Assembly (NCBI GenBank): GCA_045803545.1 | Contig: JBJMOW010000005.1 | Coordinates: forward strand, 1,024,001-1,088,000 | Direction of reading: 5' to 3' | DNA: 64,000 nt | From: Gemmatimonadaceae bacterium | Lineage (GTDB): Bacteria; Gemmatimonadota; Gemmatimonadetes; Gemmatimonadales; Gemmatimonadaceae | In this document: positions 19,341 through 28,968 of the stretch, piece by piece | Layout: every line of letters starts with the position of its first letter | Position numbering within the stretch: the first letter of the stretch is position 1 | The notes under the pieces: model-generated | Told to the model about the DNA's origin: nothing | The model's database searches: none | What the model saw: the letters and a program-made list of their open reading frames with translations, nothing else | Translations under genes and position numbers: made by a program

Positions 19341-21745
19341 ACTGCCACTGCTTCAGGTTCCGGCGTCGGCGCGACGTCCCACTCGTTCGCGCACTTGATG
19401 CAGCGACGATAGTCGCCGCGCGTCTTGGTGAACTTCGCCTCGGCGCCGACGTAGCCGCATTCCGGGCACTTCTCCGCCACCGGCTTGTCCCACACCACGA
19501 AGTCGCACTTCGGATAGTTGGAGCAGCCGTAGAACGCTTTGCCGCGCTTCTTCGAGCGCCGAACCGCAATGTCGCCGCCATCCTTCGGACACTTCACCCC
19601 CGTCGGCATCGAGCGGGTACCGCGACACTTCGGGAACTTGCTGCAGCCGAGGAATTCGCCGGAGCGACCGTGACGAATGACCATCGGAGCGCCGCACTCG
19701 TGGCAAATCTCGTTGGTCGGCTGGGCGGGCTTGCGATCGCCACGCAGGGGACGCGTGTACTTGCACGCCTTCGGATGATTCTCGCAGGCGAGGAACGGGC
19801 CGAAGAATCCACCGCGCGGAACAAGCTTGCCGCCGCAATCAGGGCAGCGCTCTTTCTCCACGGCGGACAAATCGTGCGCCTCACCAATCAACGCTTCGAT
19901 GTCGGCGCCCTTTACGGATTTATCGAACGGCCCGTAGAAGTCCTTGAGCATCTTGCGCCAGTTCACATCGCCGTCCTCGACCTTGTCGAGATCGGTTTCC
20001 ATGTGCGAGGTGAACCTGACATTGAAGACATCGGGGAAGCTCTTCACCATCACTTTCTCGACCTGGTCGCCGAGCGAAGTCGGGAAGAACCGTCGCTGCT
20101 CGAGATTCGCGTAGCGGCGATCGACAAGGGTCGACACGATCGACGCGTAGGTCGACGGACGGCCGATGCCGAGTCGCTCGAGCTCCTTGACGAGGCTCGC
20201 CTCCGAGAAGCGCGGTGGCGGCTCGGTGAAGTGCTGTGACGGAGTGATCGCCTTGACCGGGATCTCCTCGCCCTTCTGCACGCTCGGGAGCCCCTGCTCT
20301 GCCTCGAGCGGCTTTCCTTCCTCCGCCTCGCGCGATTCCTTGTACAGCTTCTGGTAGCCGTCGAACTTGACCACGCTGCCGGTCGCTCTGAACAGGAAGC
20401 GATCGAACTCGAAATCGATTGTGGTGGTGTCGAAGATCGCCGGAGTCATCTGCGACGCCATGAAGCGCTGCCAGATCAGCTCGTACAGCTTCCACTGATC
20501 TTCCTTGAGAAACTTGCGAACGTGCTCGGGCCTGCGCGTCGGATCCGTGGGGCGAATCGACTCGTGCGCGTCCTGCGCATTCTTCGATTTGCCGTCCGAG
20601 TACAGACGCGGAGCGTCAGGCAAATACTCGGCGCCGTACATCATCTTGATGTAGTCGCGCGCCTGCATCGCTGCCGATGCCGCTACGCGCGTCGAGTCGG
20701 TACGCATGTAGGTGATGAGACCAACCGCACCCTCGTTGCCGAGCTCGATGCCTTCATAGAGATCCTGCGCCAGGCGCATGGTGCGCTTGGAGCCGAAGCC
20801 GAGCTTCTTGGCCGCATCCTGCTGCAGAGTGCTGGTCGTGAACGGCGGCGCCGGATTCTTTCTCCGCTCGCGCCGCTTGATCTCGCTGACCTGGAAAGTC
20901 TTGCGCGATTTCAGCGCGTCGAGAATCGACGTCGCTTCGCGCTCGTTGTTGATGACTGGCTTCTTGCCGTCGAGCAGATGGAGCTTGGCGGTGAACTGCT
21001 GCCCGTCTTCCTCTAGCAGCGCCTCGATCGTCCAGTACTCGACCGGCTTGAACGCGCGAATTTCTCTTTCTCTCTCGACCAGCAGACGCAGCGCGACTGT
21101 CTGCACGCGTCCGGCTGAAATCCCCTTCTTCACCGTCTTCCAGAGAACCGGGCTCGCCTTGTAGCCGACGAGCCGATCGAGCACGCGACGCGCCTGCTGC
21201 GCATCTACCTTCCGCTCGTCGATCTCGCCCGCGTTCTGAATTGCGGTCTGCACCGCATCGCGCGTGATCTCGTGGAACAACACGCGGCGAACCGGTGCCC
21301 CGTTGCGGGACTTGATCTGCTGCGCGACGTGCCAAGCGATGGCTTCGCCTTCGCGATCAGGGTCGGTCGCCAGGAAAATTTCGCGGGACGTGCGCGCCGC
21401 CGATTTCAGCTCGGCGAGAGTCTTTTCTTTCCCGGGGATCGTCACGTACTCCGGCTCAAAGCCGTTCTCGATGTCGATTCCCATCTTTTTTTCGGGGAGA
21501 TCGCGGACGTGACCAATGGTCGCGCGCACGCGATACGCCCGACCGAGGTATTTGCCAATCGTCTTTGCCTTGGCTGGAGATTCGACGATGACGAGCGAAG
21601 TACCACCCGGCTCGCTGCCGTTGCTCTCCTCGATGATCTCGGGCCCTGCCTGCCTGGCTTTTGAAGCGCGCGACGCAGTCTTGGTCGCCCGTTTCGTCTT
21701 AGCCGGTGTTTTCGATGTTGCTTTAGTTGTCTTGGCTCGCGCCAT
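19337..21745 (-). CDS. topA: DNA topoisomerase I with C-terminal zinc ribbons
   Basis: LVIVESPAK, ATDPDREGE, SAGRVQ, ITYMRTD, GIGRPSTY; Cys-rich ribbons. Confidence 0.97.
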   Translation of the reverse strand: MARAKTTKATSKTPAKTKRATKTASRASKARQAGPEIIEESNGSEPGGTSLVIVESPAKAKTIGKYLGRAYRVRATIGHVRDLPEKKMGIDIENGFEPEYVTIPGKEKTLAELKSAARTSREIFLATDPDREGEAIAWHVAQQIKSRNGAPVRRVLFHEITRDAVQTAIQNAGEIDERKVDAQQARRVLDRLVGYKASPVLWKTVKKGISAGRVQTVALRLLVEREREIRAFKPVEYWTIEALLEEDGQQFTAKLHLLDGKKPVINNEREATSILDALKSRKTFQVSEIKRRERRKNPAPPFTTSTLQQDAAKKLGFGSKRTMRLAQDLYEGIELGNEGAVGLITYMRTDSTRVAASAAMQARDYIKMMYGAEYLPDAPRLYSDGKSKNAQDAHESIRPTDPTRRPEHVRKFLKEDQWKLYELIWQRFMASQMTPAIFDTTTIDFEFDRFLFRATGSVVKFDGYQKLYKESREAEEGKPLEAEQGLPSVQKGEEIPVKAITPSQHFTEPPPRFSEASLVKELERLGIGRPSTYASIVSTLVDRRYANLEQRRFFPTSLGDQVEKVMVKSFPDVFNVRFTSHMETDLDKVEDGDVNWRKMLKDFYGPFDKSVKGADIEALIGEAHDLSAVEKERCPDCGGKLVPRGGFFGPFLACENHPKACKYTRPLRGDRKPAQPTNEICHECGAPMVIRHGRSGEFLGCSKFPKCRGTRSMPTGVKCPKDGGDIAVRRSKKRGKAFYGCSNYPKCDFVVWDKPVAEKCPECGYVGAEAKFTKTRGDYRRCIKCANEWDVAPTPEPEAVAV

Positions 21746-21749
21746 TTTT

Positions 21750-22010
21750 TTAGTGTACCGTGTTGTTGTCGCTGCTTCCGGATGAATCTTCCAGACCCGT
21801 TCCTTCGAGCAGGCCGCGCAAATCATCGAGTGCGATGCGTCCATCGAATTGCATCAAAGCGCGCTCGATGATGTGCTCCAGCTCCAGGCCACTAATCGCT
21901 CCCGACCCGCTGAGCGACAGCAGGTGGCCCCACGCCTCGGGCGCAAAACGCCCCCGCTCGTGCGGGCCCATCACGCGAAATGTGGTATGTGAAGGAGTTC
22001 GTTCGTCCAT
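21750..22010 (-). CDS. Short Smg/DUF494-like protein
   Basis: FRV..PHE..RF..EAWGHLL.L...LE..IER resembles the Smg C-terminal half; directly upstream of topA. Confidence 0.65.
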   Translation of the reverse strand: MDERTPSHTTFRVMGPHERGRFAPEAWGHLLSLSGSGAISGLELEHIIERALMQFDGRIALDDLRGLLEGTGLEDSSGSSDNNTVH

Positions 22011-22020
22011 TTCCACCCAG

Positions 22021-22560
22021 TCAGCTGTTGGAGATCGAGCCGAGCTCGACCACCTTGGCTATAAGTTGTTGTCTGGCAAGGCGTTCCGTGTCAAAGACAG
22101 CATCTGCTGTCTCGTATAAAGCCCGCCTTTTCTCATACAGTTCCCGAAGCGCTACCACCGGGTCGCGTCCCGCCAGCAAGGGACGCGTCTCCACCCGACG
22201 CAATCGACGAGCGACCGACTCGGGTGACGCTCTAAGGTATATGATACGTCCAGCGGAACGCAAAAGTTCGACAGCGCCCTGCTGAGTAATCCATCCCCCG
22301 CCCGGCGAAAGCACCATTCCCTCGCTGGAGCTCAGCTCACGCGTTAGCTCCAGCTCCATGTCGCGAAACGCATCTTCACCACGAAGCTTGAAGATGTCCC
22401 GCACGTTCATTCCCGCCCGCTTTTCGATCTCGGCGTCGAAATCCAGAAACGGTCGTCCCAGCTGACGCGCCGCCGCCTTTCCAATCGTCGTTTTTCCAAC
22501 TCCAGGAAGCCCGACGAGGATCAGATGCGGCAAAGAGTTTCTAACGGCCCTTTCTGTCAC
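22021..22560 (-). CDS. aroK: Shikimate kinase
   Basis: GLPGVGKTT, FLDFD, GEDAFR, GGG, RPLL; start uncertain. Confidence 0.93.
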   Translation of the reverse strand: MTERAVRNSLPHLILVGLPGVGKTTIGKAAARQLGRPFLDFDAEIEKRAGMNVRDIFKLRGEDAFRDMELELTRELSSSEGMVLSPGGGWITQQGAVELLRSAGRIIYLRASPESVARRLRRVETRPLLAGRDPVVALRELYEKRRALYETADAVFDTERLARQQLIAKVVELGSISNS

Positions 22561-23728
22561 TGAGCGCCGCAATGTAACTGGAGTAGTTCCGCTTTGTCTC
22601 GACGAGCGAGTCGCCGCCGAACTTCTCGAGAAACGCCTGCGCCACGATGAATGCTGTCATCGACTCGGCGATTACTCCCATCGCTGGAACTGCCGTGACA
22701 TCACTTCGTTCCGCGACTGCCTGGGCCTGCTCGCGCGTCTTCATCTCGATGGTTCCGAGTGGACGCATTAGCGTGCTGATCGGCTTCATCGACACATGGA
22801 GTAGGATCTGCTCGCCGTTGGTGATGCCGCCCTCGAGCCCGCCCGCCCGATTGGTGCGACGGCGCACGCGACCGGCTTTGACGTTTTTTTCGTCGGGATC
22901 GATCTCGTCGTGAACGTCGGATCCCTTTCGCTTTGCCGCCTCGACGCCGAGTCCGATCTCGACCGCTTTCACCGCGGGTATCGACATTAGAGCGGCTGCC
23001 AGGCGCCCATCGAGCTTGCGATCCCACGAGACGTGCGAGCCGAGTCCGACCGGTACTCCGTCGCAGATGACCTCGGCGATTCCGCCGAGTGTGTTCCCGT
23101 CAGCCTTGGCGGTGTCGATGCGTGCGATCATTTCTTTTTCGGCGTCCGCATCCAGGGTGCGCAACTGCGATTGGTCTGCGGCCGCGTTCAGGTCCCCGGG
23201 CATCTTTCCCGGCCGCTTCGCGTCGACACCACCGAGATGAACTATGTGACTGCCGAGCGTGATGTCGAACTCGCGAAGGAATCGCTTGCAGATCGCGCCG
23301 CCGGCGACGCGAGCGGTCGTCTCCCGTGCCGACGCGCGCTCCAGCACGTCGCGAGCGTCATCACGGTCGTACTTGAGCATGCCGGAGAGGTCGACGTGTC
23401 CGGGGCGCGGACGAGTGACCACTCGTTTTCGCTCCGGATCGCCCTCACGCGGCGCAGGATCCATGATCTCCTGCCAGTTCTTCCAGTCGCGATTGTGAAT
23501 GATCATCGCGATCGGTGAGCCAAGCGTCTGGCCGGCCCGGACGCCCGAGAGGAACTCGATGTGGTCCGACTCGATCTTCATGCGTCTGCCTCGCCCGTAG
23601 CCCTGCTGGCGGCGTCCCAGCTCGACGTCAACGTCCCCGGCGACAAGCGGCAGTCCGGCCACCATTCCTTCGAGAATGGAGATGAGTGCTGGACCGTGTG
23701 ATTCGCCGGCGGTAGTGATTCGGAGCAT
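22541..23728 (-). CDS. aroC: Chorismate synthase
   Basis: TAGESHG, RPRPGH, ERASARET, GGLEGG, MKPIST, ERSD. Confidence 0.97.
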   Translation of the reverse strand: MLRITTAGESHGPALISILEGMVAGLPLVAGDVDVELGRRQQGYGRGRRMKIESDHIEFLSGVRAGQTLGSPIAMIIHNRDWKNWQEIMDPAPREGDPERKRVVTRPRPGHVDLSGMLKYDRDDARDVLERASARETTARVAGGAICKRFLREFDITLGSHIVHLGGVDAKRPGKMPGDLNAAADQSQLRTLDADAEKEMIARIDTAKADGNTLGGIAEVICDGVPVGLGSHVSWDRKLDGRLAAALMSIPAVKAVEIGLGVEAAKRKGSDVHDEIDPDEKNVKAGRVRRRTNRAGGLEGGITNGEQILLHVSMKPISTLMRPLGTIEMKTREQAQAVAERSDVTAVPAMGVIAESMTAFIVAQAFLEKFGGDSLVETKRNYSSYIAALSDRKGR

Positions 23729-23794
23729 CGGCCCCAAAGAGAACCACGAGCGTGCGCTGGGACAACCCCCGCCGTGCCGACGCCATACAAAAGC

Positions 23795-23824
23795 AAAAGG
23801 CCCGACCGATTGGCCGGGCCTTTT
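23795..23824. terminator. Intrinsic terminator ending the pil operon
   Basis: aaaaggcccg...cgggcctttt. Confidence 0.75.
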
Positions 23825-23841
23825 GAACGAGCTTTAATCGA

Positions 23842-26268
23842 TTACGGGCAGGTTGTGGTAAAGGTGTTCGGAAGCTGTGCGATTACCACGCCCTTCGCGG
23901 TCGCTCCGACGAGCACCAGCTGTCCGCTGGGTCGCAGTGCGGCCGTGACCGGACCGATGATCGGGTCTCTGATCGGAATGGTTCCGACTCTGAGATAGCA
24001 GTTCGTGTCGTAGATCTCGATCAACGGCTCCGACGACGCGGCGAACACGAGTCGGGTGTTGAGCGGGAACGAATTTGAGCCGGTGTTCTGCGGGTGGAAG
24101 TCGAGTCCCGCGTTGCTGGCGGTGGTGTTGAAGATACCCATCAACCGCAGCGCCGGGTTCAGCACGTAGGTCGAGTCAGCACGGATCGCCGACAGGCCAC
24201 CGTCGAAGTTGATCGCGACACCGAACAGTCTCGCCGACGTATTGGCGATGAAGTCGGAGACGTCAACCGGCGGTGAGACACCGAGGTCGATCCACCATTC
24301 CGTCGCGTCATAGCCACGCTCGACGTCGTACATCATGGCGCGGCTGTTGACGACACTGCCACCTTCGCCGAATACCGAGCGGTGGAAGTCGCCCGAGCTC
24401 CGCACGAATGTCGTATCTCGGAATGCCAGCGATTGCGCTCTGACGACCGTCGAGCCGAGGGGACTGAACGCCGGTACAATAATGACTTGTCCAACGCCAT
24501 CTGCATCCCGGCGGAGGATTTCCAAAGTATCACCGCGAGCGCCGGCCTGACCGATCGCCTGCTCGAAGAAGAAGTGTGACGTCGTCGAATCGGAGTGACC
24601 GGCGGGCGTGACACCCTTGGTCAGGTTCTCCCAGCGCAGCGTTCCATTGAGATTGTCGAACGGCGGCGTCTGTCCAGGCGTCGGTGTCGTCGAGTACGTC
24701 AGGATCACGTCCTGACAAACTCCACCAACCTGATGACAGGTCGCACCGATGTATTGCGGACGATCGCTGAAGTCATAGACCGTACGCACTCTGATTGGCA
24801 GACCGCTGGTCGCTGACGTCGTCGTCGTGATTGTTGCTACGATGAGGTTCGGCAGCAGATAGCGGAACACTTCGAGACCGCTGCCGCTCGCTCCCGCATC
24901 GAGATCGATGTAGCTGATTTGCGTACCGCCGGAATTGGCAACGAGCAGCGTGTCGCCCTTGGTTCCATTACGATCGCGTGGCCACGCGCTGATACCCCAC
25001 GGGCGCGAGCCCACGATAACCGGTGCTTTGAACGAAGAGTCGGCCAAATTGAAGACTTCGACTCTGTTCTTCGTGATATTCGTGAGGTAGAGGCGATCCT
25101 TGCCCGGATGGTACAGAGCATCGGCAACCTGTCCGCCGAACGGCAGCGAGCGTGTGACACCCGCCACTACGGTTACAGTGTCGACACGATCGAGACCGCT
25201 GGCCAGCTTGGCATAGGCTCTCACGCCGTTTGAATTGCGCGCGAAGACCTGGATGTAGGCGGTCGTCGGGAAGGTCGTGTACGGCAGCCTCATCGTGAAG
25301 GTGTGCGGCTGGAACGTCAACTGACCGTTCGAGACAAACGTCGACGAGTCGTCGATCGCTCCGCCCGGTGTGCTTCTGACTTCATAACCGAGCTGCGAGA
25401 TCCCGCTTGGGTCATCAGCTTCGACGTGCACGGTGTCCGTGACCTCGACGCGACGCACGTGACCGCATGCGTTGTCATACGCGGAGTTACCGATGCAATA
25501 CTGGTTGACCACCGGCACCGAGTTGATCTGCGCCGCGGTCTGAACGTTGATGGTGATGCTTGGACCAACTGCCCGCTGTCCGAGCGAGTCGCGCAGGAAC
25601 GGCGTGATAGTAAGCGTACCAGGCGCTGCATTGGCCGGTATCGCGATGGTATCCTGCATGGTGGTCGAATCGAGCAGCGGACTCGCGAACAGCACCGAGT
25701 CGGCGCGGACGACAGGACCAGTCGAATTCAATCCGAGTGACATTACCTTCGTCGCCGCCTTGCCCATCACGGTGACCAGGATCGACTTGCCGACGACCGC
25801 GGAGCTGCCCGAGAATGGACTCAGGACCTGCACCTGCGGGGGCGGCAGGTTTCCCGTCGCCATAATCAGGGTGTCGACGCCAGACGTGTTTCCGGCGCCG
25901 TCGATCGCCTGAGCGGTGATCGTGACCGGCGTTCCCGGTGGAACCGTGCGGCTTGCAAACAGCGTGAACGGCAACTGAATGTCAGTAACCGTGCTGGTGA
26001 AGGTCGTGTCGAAGACTGCGCCGACGGCTCCGATCGCCTGAACGTGGATGGTCTTCAGGCCGAGGTTGTCCTTCGCCTCGGTGTTGAAGCCAATCACCGT
26101 ATCAGCGAGGCCGGTGCGGGGAGTAAGCGAGAGTGTGGGCGGAATGCGGTCTCTTAGCGGATCGATCGACGTGTTGTCATTGCACGCGACGATTCCGAAA
26201 GACACCGACGCCGCAACCGCGGCTACTACAAAACCGCGGCGCAGGACGCCGAAAGGAGCTTTATACAT
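23842..26268 (-). CDS. Large hypothetical lipoprotein (Ig-like domains plus beta-propeller-like region), last gene of the pil operon
   Basis: IVAC lipobox, AIDGAGN Ig-like motif, RLYLTN..NRVEVF and VGSRPWG propeller-like blades; AAGG before ATG 26268. Confidence 0.75.
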   Translation of the reverse strand: MYKAPFGVLRRGFVVAAVAASVSFGIVACNDNTSIDPLRDRIPPTLSLTPRTGLADTVIGFNTEAKDNLGLKTIHVQAIGAVGAVFDTTFTSTVTDIQLPFTLFASRTVPPGTPVTITAQAIDGAGNTSGVDTLIMATGNLPPPQVQVLSPFSGSSAVVGKSILVTVMGKAATKVMSLGLNSTGPVVRADSVLFASPLLDSTTMQDTIAIPANAAPGTLTITPFLRDSLGQRAVGPSITINVQTAAQINSVPVVNQYCIGNSAYDNACGHVRRVEVTDTVHVEADDPSGISQLGYEVRSTPGGAIDDSSTFVSNGQLTFQPHTFTMRLPYTTFPTTAYIQVFARNSNGVRAYAKLASGLDRVDTVTVVAGVTRSLPFGGQVADALYHPGKDRLYLTNITKNRVEVFNLADSSFKAPVIVGSRPWGISAWPRDRNGTKGDTLLVANSGGTQISYIDLDAGASGSGLEVFRYLLPNLIVATITTTTSATSGLPIRVRTVYDFSDRPQYIGATCHQVGGVCQDVILTYSTTPTPGQTPPFDNLNGTLRWENLTKGVTPAGHSDSTTSHFFFEQAIGQAGARGDTLEILRRDADGVGQVIIVPAFSPLGSTVVRAQSLAFRDTTFVRSSGDFHRSVFGEGGSVVNSRAMMYDVERGYDATEWWIDLGVSPPVDVSDFIANTSARLFGVAINFDGGLSAIRADSTYVLNPALRLMGIFNTTASNAGLDFHPQNTGSNSFPLNTRLVFAASSEPLIEIYDTNCYLRVGTIPIRDPIIGPVTAALRPSGQLVLVGATAKGVVIAQLPNTFTTTCP

Positions 26269-26279
26269 GCGAGTCACCT

Positions 26280-28346
26280 TTAACGGGTGGCTGGTGGCGG
26301 GGACGACGAGCCGGGTAGCGGCGCGCCATCATCGACGATGTGAGGAGTTACGAGGATCAGAAGATCACGCTTTTCGTCCTGGGTACGCGTCTCGCCGAAG
26401 AGTCTGCCGATCAATGGCAGGTCGACGAGCAGCGGAATACCCGACTTGGATTGCGTGGTCTGAGTGACGGTCAGACCGCCGATAACGGCGGTCTCGCCGT
26501 CGCCGACGAGGAGCTGAGTGTCGCCCGCCTGCTTGCCGAAGATGTAGCCGGCATCTGACGACGCGAGCTGGGCATCCGAGTTCTCGGCGTGGAGCAGGAG
26601 GAGGATCTGACGGTTGTTGGTGATATGAGGCGTCACCGTGAGGATGATACCGACCTGCTTCATCTGCACCGTCGCGCGTGGCTGCGCCGCGGGGTTGGCA
26701 CCACCCGACAGGTTCGCTGTGTTCGCGTCGAGCACGCGGATCGGAATTTCCTGACCGACCTGGATCGAGGCTTGTCGGTTGTCGAGCGTCACGATGCTCG
26801 GCTCGGCCTGAAGATCGGCGAGGCGAACTTCCTGCAACGCGTCGAGGAAGCTGGTGAGCTGGAACTTGCCGAGCGCCGTCGAGAAAATGACGCTGAGCGC
26901 CGGATTGATGACTCGTGAGTTTGCGTTCGCGATCGCCGACAGCGCGTTTCCGCCGAGCAGAATTCTGTCACCGTTGAAAGGCGTGCCGCCACCGAGGGCA
27001 TCGGGAACTCCGTCGCCGTTGGTGTCGATTGGCTTGAGGGTCGAAGGATCCGGACGCTTGATAAGCTGACTGAAGAATTGATCGGTGCCCGTGCCGAGAT
27101 CGTACGAGAGGCCGATGTCTTCAATGTTGGTTCTGTTGACGAAGATGATCTTGGCCTTGATGCCGACCTGCGGGGTGCGAATGTCGAGGTTGCGCACATA
27201 CTGCAGGACGTCGGTCAGGCGCGAAGCCGTCTCGGTGATGATCAAGGTGTTGGTGACACTGTCAGCCGCAACGAGACCGCGTGCAACGCAGTTCGGACGG
27301 CCGAAGCTCACGACGTTCGGGCTGGACGGAGCGCCACCCAGGCCGGTGCCTTGCGGGCAATCTTTCTGGAGAAGCTGCTGAATCGTCGGCACCAGCGCGC
27401 TTGCACGCGCGTAGTTGATCGAGACCAGCTGCGTCTGCAGCGGCTCCGACGCCTGGCGGTTCAGAATGTTGGAGTAGCTGTCGACGGTGATGATTCCGGA
27501 GATCACATCTTCCGAGGCTGCCAGGCCCTGGCCCTGGAGGATCGCGCGGAGCGCGACGTCCCACGGCTGGTTTCTGACTTCGGCGGTGACCGTTCCGTTG
27601 ACATCCTTGCCGACGACGATCGTGCGTCCCGAGAATGCGGCGAACGATGCGATCACGTCACGAATGTCGGTGTCCTGGAACGTGACGGTGATCGGCGGCT
27701 GCTGTGACTGCTGAACCTGCGAGAAGAGCGCGATCGGCTTGTCGCTGGTTGACGCTCTGCGCGTCGGCAGCGGCTCCGGCTCGACGGCAACCGGTGCGGG
27801 ATCGTCCTGTGCGTCGGCCTGTTGAGAGGTCTGCGCTGCTGTCTGGATAGTTTGGGTCGGGATCTGACGCGCCGGTGCGGGTGACGCCGTGTACTGTCTA
27901 GGAGCTGGCTTCGGTGCGACTGTGGCCGCCGCATAACTGCGACGCGACGTGGTCGCCCACGAGCTGTATTCGGCGGTCTTGCCACCGGTCACCGCGACGC
28001 GAACTTCGTTCGCGTTGCGCTTCACTTCATATGGATGCTTCGCGTCCAGCTCGATGACGACGCGGACGATGTTCGGACGGTATTGCGAGTATCTGACGTT
28101 GGTGATGCCGCCGCGCGAGACCATGTCGTAGGTCCGGTGCGACATGTCGAGCGTTGCTCCTTTGAGATCCACCACAACTCGAGCGGGCGCGTCGAGTGTG
28201 AAGTCCTGCACATCGACGGCGGAATTTACGCCGATCACCACTTCAGCCTTCCCGGATGACGGGACTACGCTGAGCGAGTGAACGGTTGCAGCCGTGGAGG
28301 GCAGAAACAGGAGCGCCGCCGCTGGCAGCGCTTTCAACAAACTCAT
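26280..28346 (-). CDS. pilQ: Type IV pilus secretin with AMIN domain
   Basis: PARVVVDL AMIN domain, FQDTDIRDVI, PWDVAL, TLDN, LTVTPHI, IPLL.DLP.IGRLF. Confidence 0.92.
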   Translation of the reverse strand: MSLLKALPAAALLFLPSTAATVHSLSVVPSSGKAEVVIGVNSAVDVQDFTLDAPARVVVDLKGATLDMSHRTYDMVSRGGITNVRYSQYRPNIVRVVIELDAKHPYEVKRNANEVRVAVTGGKTAEYSSWATTSRRSYAAATVAPKPAPRQYTASPAPARQIPTQTIQTAAQTSQQADAQDDPAPVAVEPEPLPTRRASTSDKPIALFSQVQQSQQPPITVTFQDTDIRDVIASFAAFSGRTIVVGKDVNGTVTAEVRNQPWDVALRAILQGQGLAASEDVISGIITVDSYSNILNRQASEPLQTQLVSINYARASALVPTIQQLLQKDCPQGTGLGGAPSSPNVVSFGRPNCVARGLVAADSVTNTLIITETASRLTDVLQYVRNLDIRTPQVGIKAKIIFVNRTNIEDIGLSYDLGTGTDQFFSQLIKRPDPSTLKPIDTNGDGVPDALGGGTPFNGDRILLGGNALSAIANANSRVINPALSVIFSTALGKFQLTSFLDALQEVRLADLQAEPSIVTLDNRQASIQVGQEIPIRVLDANTANLSGGANPAAQPRATVQMKQVGIILTVTPHITNNRQILLLLHAENSDAQLASSDAGYIFGKQAGDTQLLVGDGETAVIGGLTVTQTTQSKSGIPLLVDLPLIGRLFGETRTQDEKRDLLILVTPHIVDDGAPLPGSSSPPPATR

Positions 28347-28966
28347 TGACGTTGCCTCATTTTAGTCGAATCGGGCGGCGCGATCGGCAGAAGCTCCTGC
28401 CGGCTGTAACCGAACTCTTCGATCGTGAAAATCACTGCCTTCGGTTGAATCGCGGCGACCCGCATTCTGCCGATCGTCTGGCCAACTCTGACCTTGTACT
28501 GGTCGTATTTAGACGTGACATCGCGCAAAACCGCAACAGAGTTTTGCCCGCGTGGATCGTAGGCAACACCGACCAGCTTGAGGTCCTGCAGCAACGGTTT
28601 GAGATCAGACGTTGTAAGCAGTGACACAAATGGATCGCGACGGCCGGAACCTTCGTATGCGAATACTTCGCGGTTGATCAAAGCCTTGGGCGCAGTGTCG
28701 GCGGCCGGCTTCGCAGTCACGGGCGCGGCACTGTTCAACGGCTTGAGCGGGGACGGTGGCGTCGCCGCTGCCTTTGAATTCGCGGCAGGATTCGAGACCT
28801 TCGTCGTCGTCGGAGTAGGAGCTGAAGCAGCCGGCTGCGCATTTGGACGCGCGACTACTGGCTTGGCGACGTTCGCGCCCGGACGCGATAACTGCGCGTG
28901 CGCCTGTGCGGACGCACCGCTCGCGAGCGCCGTCACCAGGATGAGTCCGAGAGATACTTGCTTCAT
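28343..28966 (-). CDS. PilP-like protein
   Basis: RRDPF, LKLVGV, VRVGQTIG; position between pilO and pilQ. Confidence 0.7.
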   Translation of the reverse strand: MKQVSLGLILVTALASGASAQAHAQLSRPGANVAKPVVARPNAQPAASAPTPTTTKVSNPAANSKAAATPPSPLKPLNSAAPVTAKPAADTAPKALINREVFAYEGSGRRDPFVSLLTTSDLKPLLQDLKLVGVAYDPRGQNSVAVLRDVTSKYDQYKVRVGQTIGRMRVAAIQPKAVIFTIEEFGYSRQELLPIAPPDSTKMRQRQ

Positions 28967-28968
28967 TA

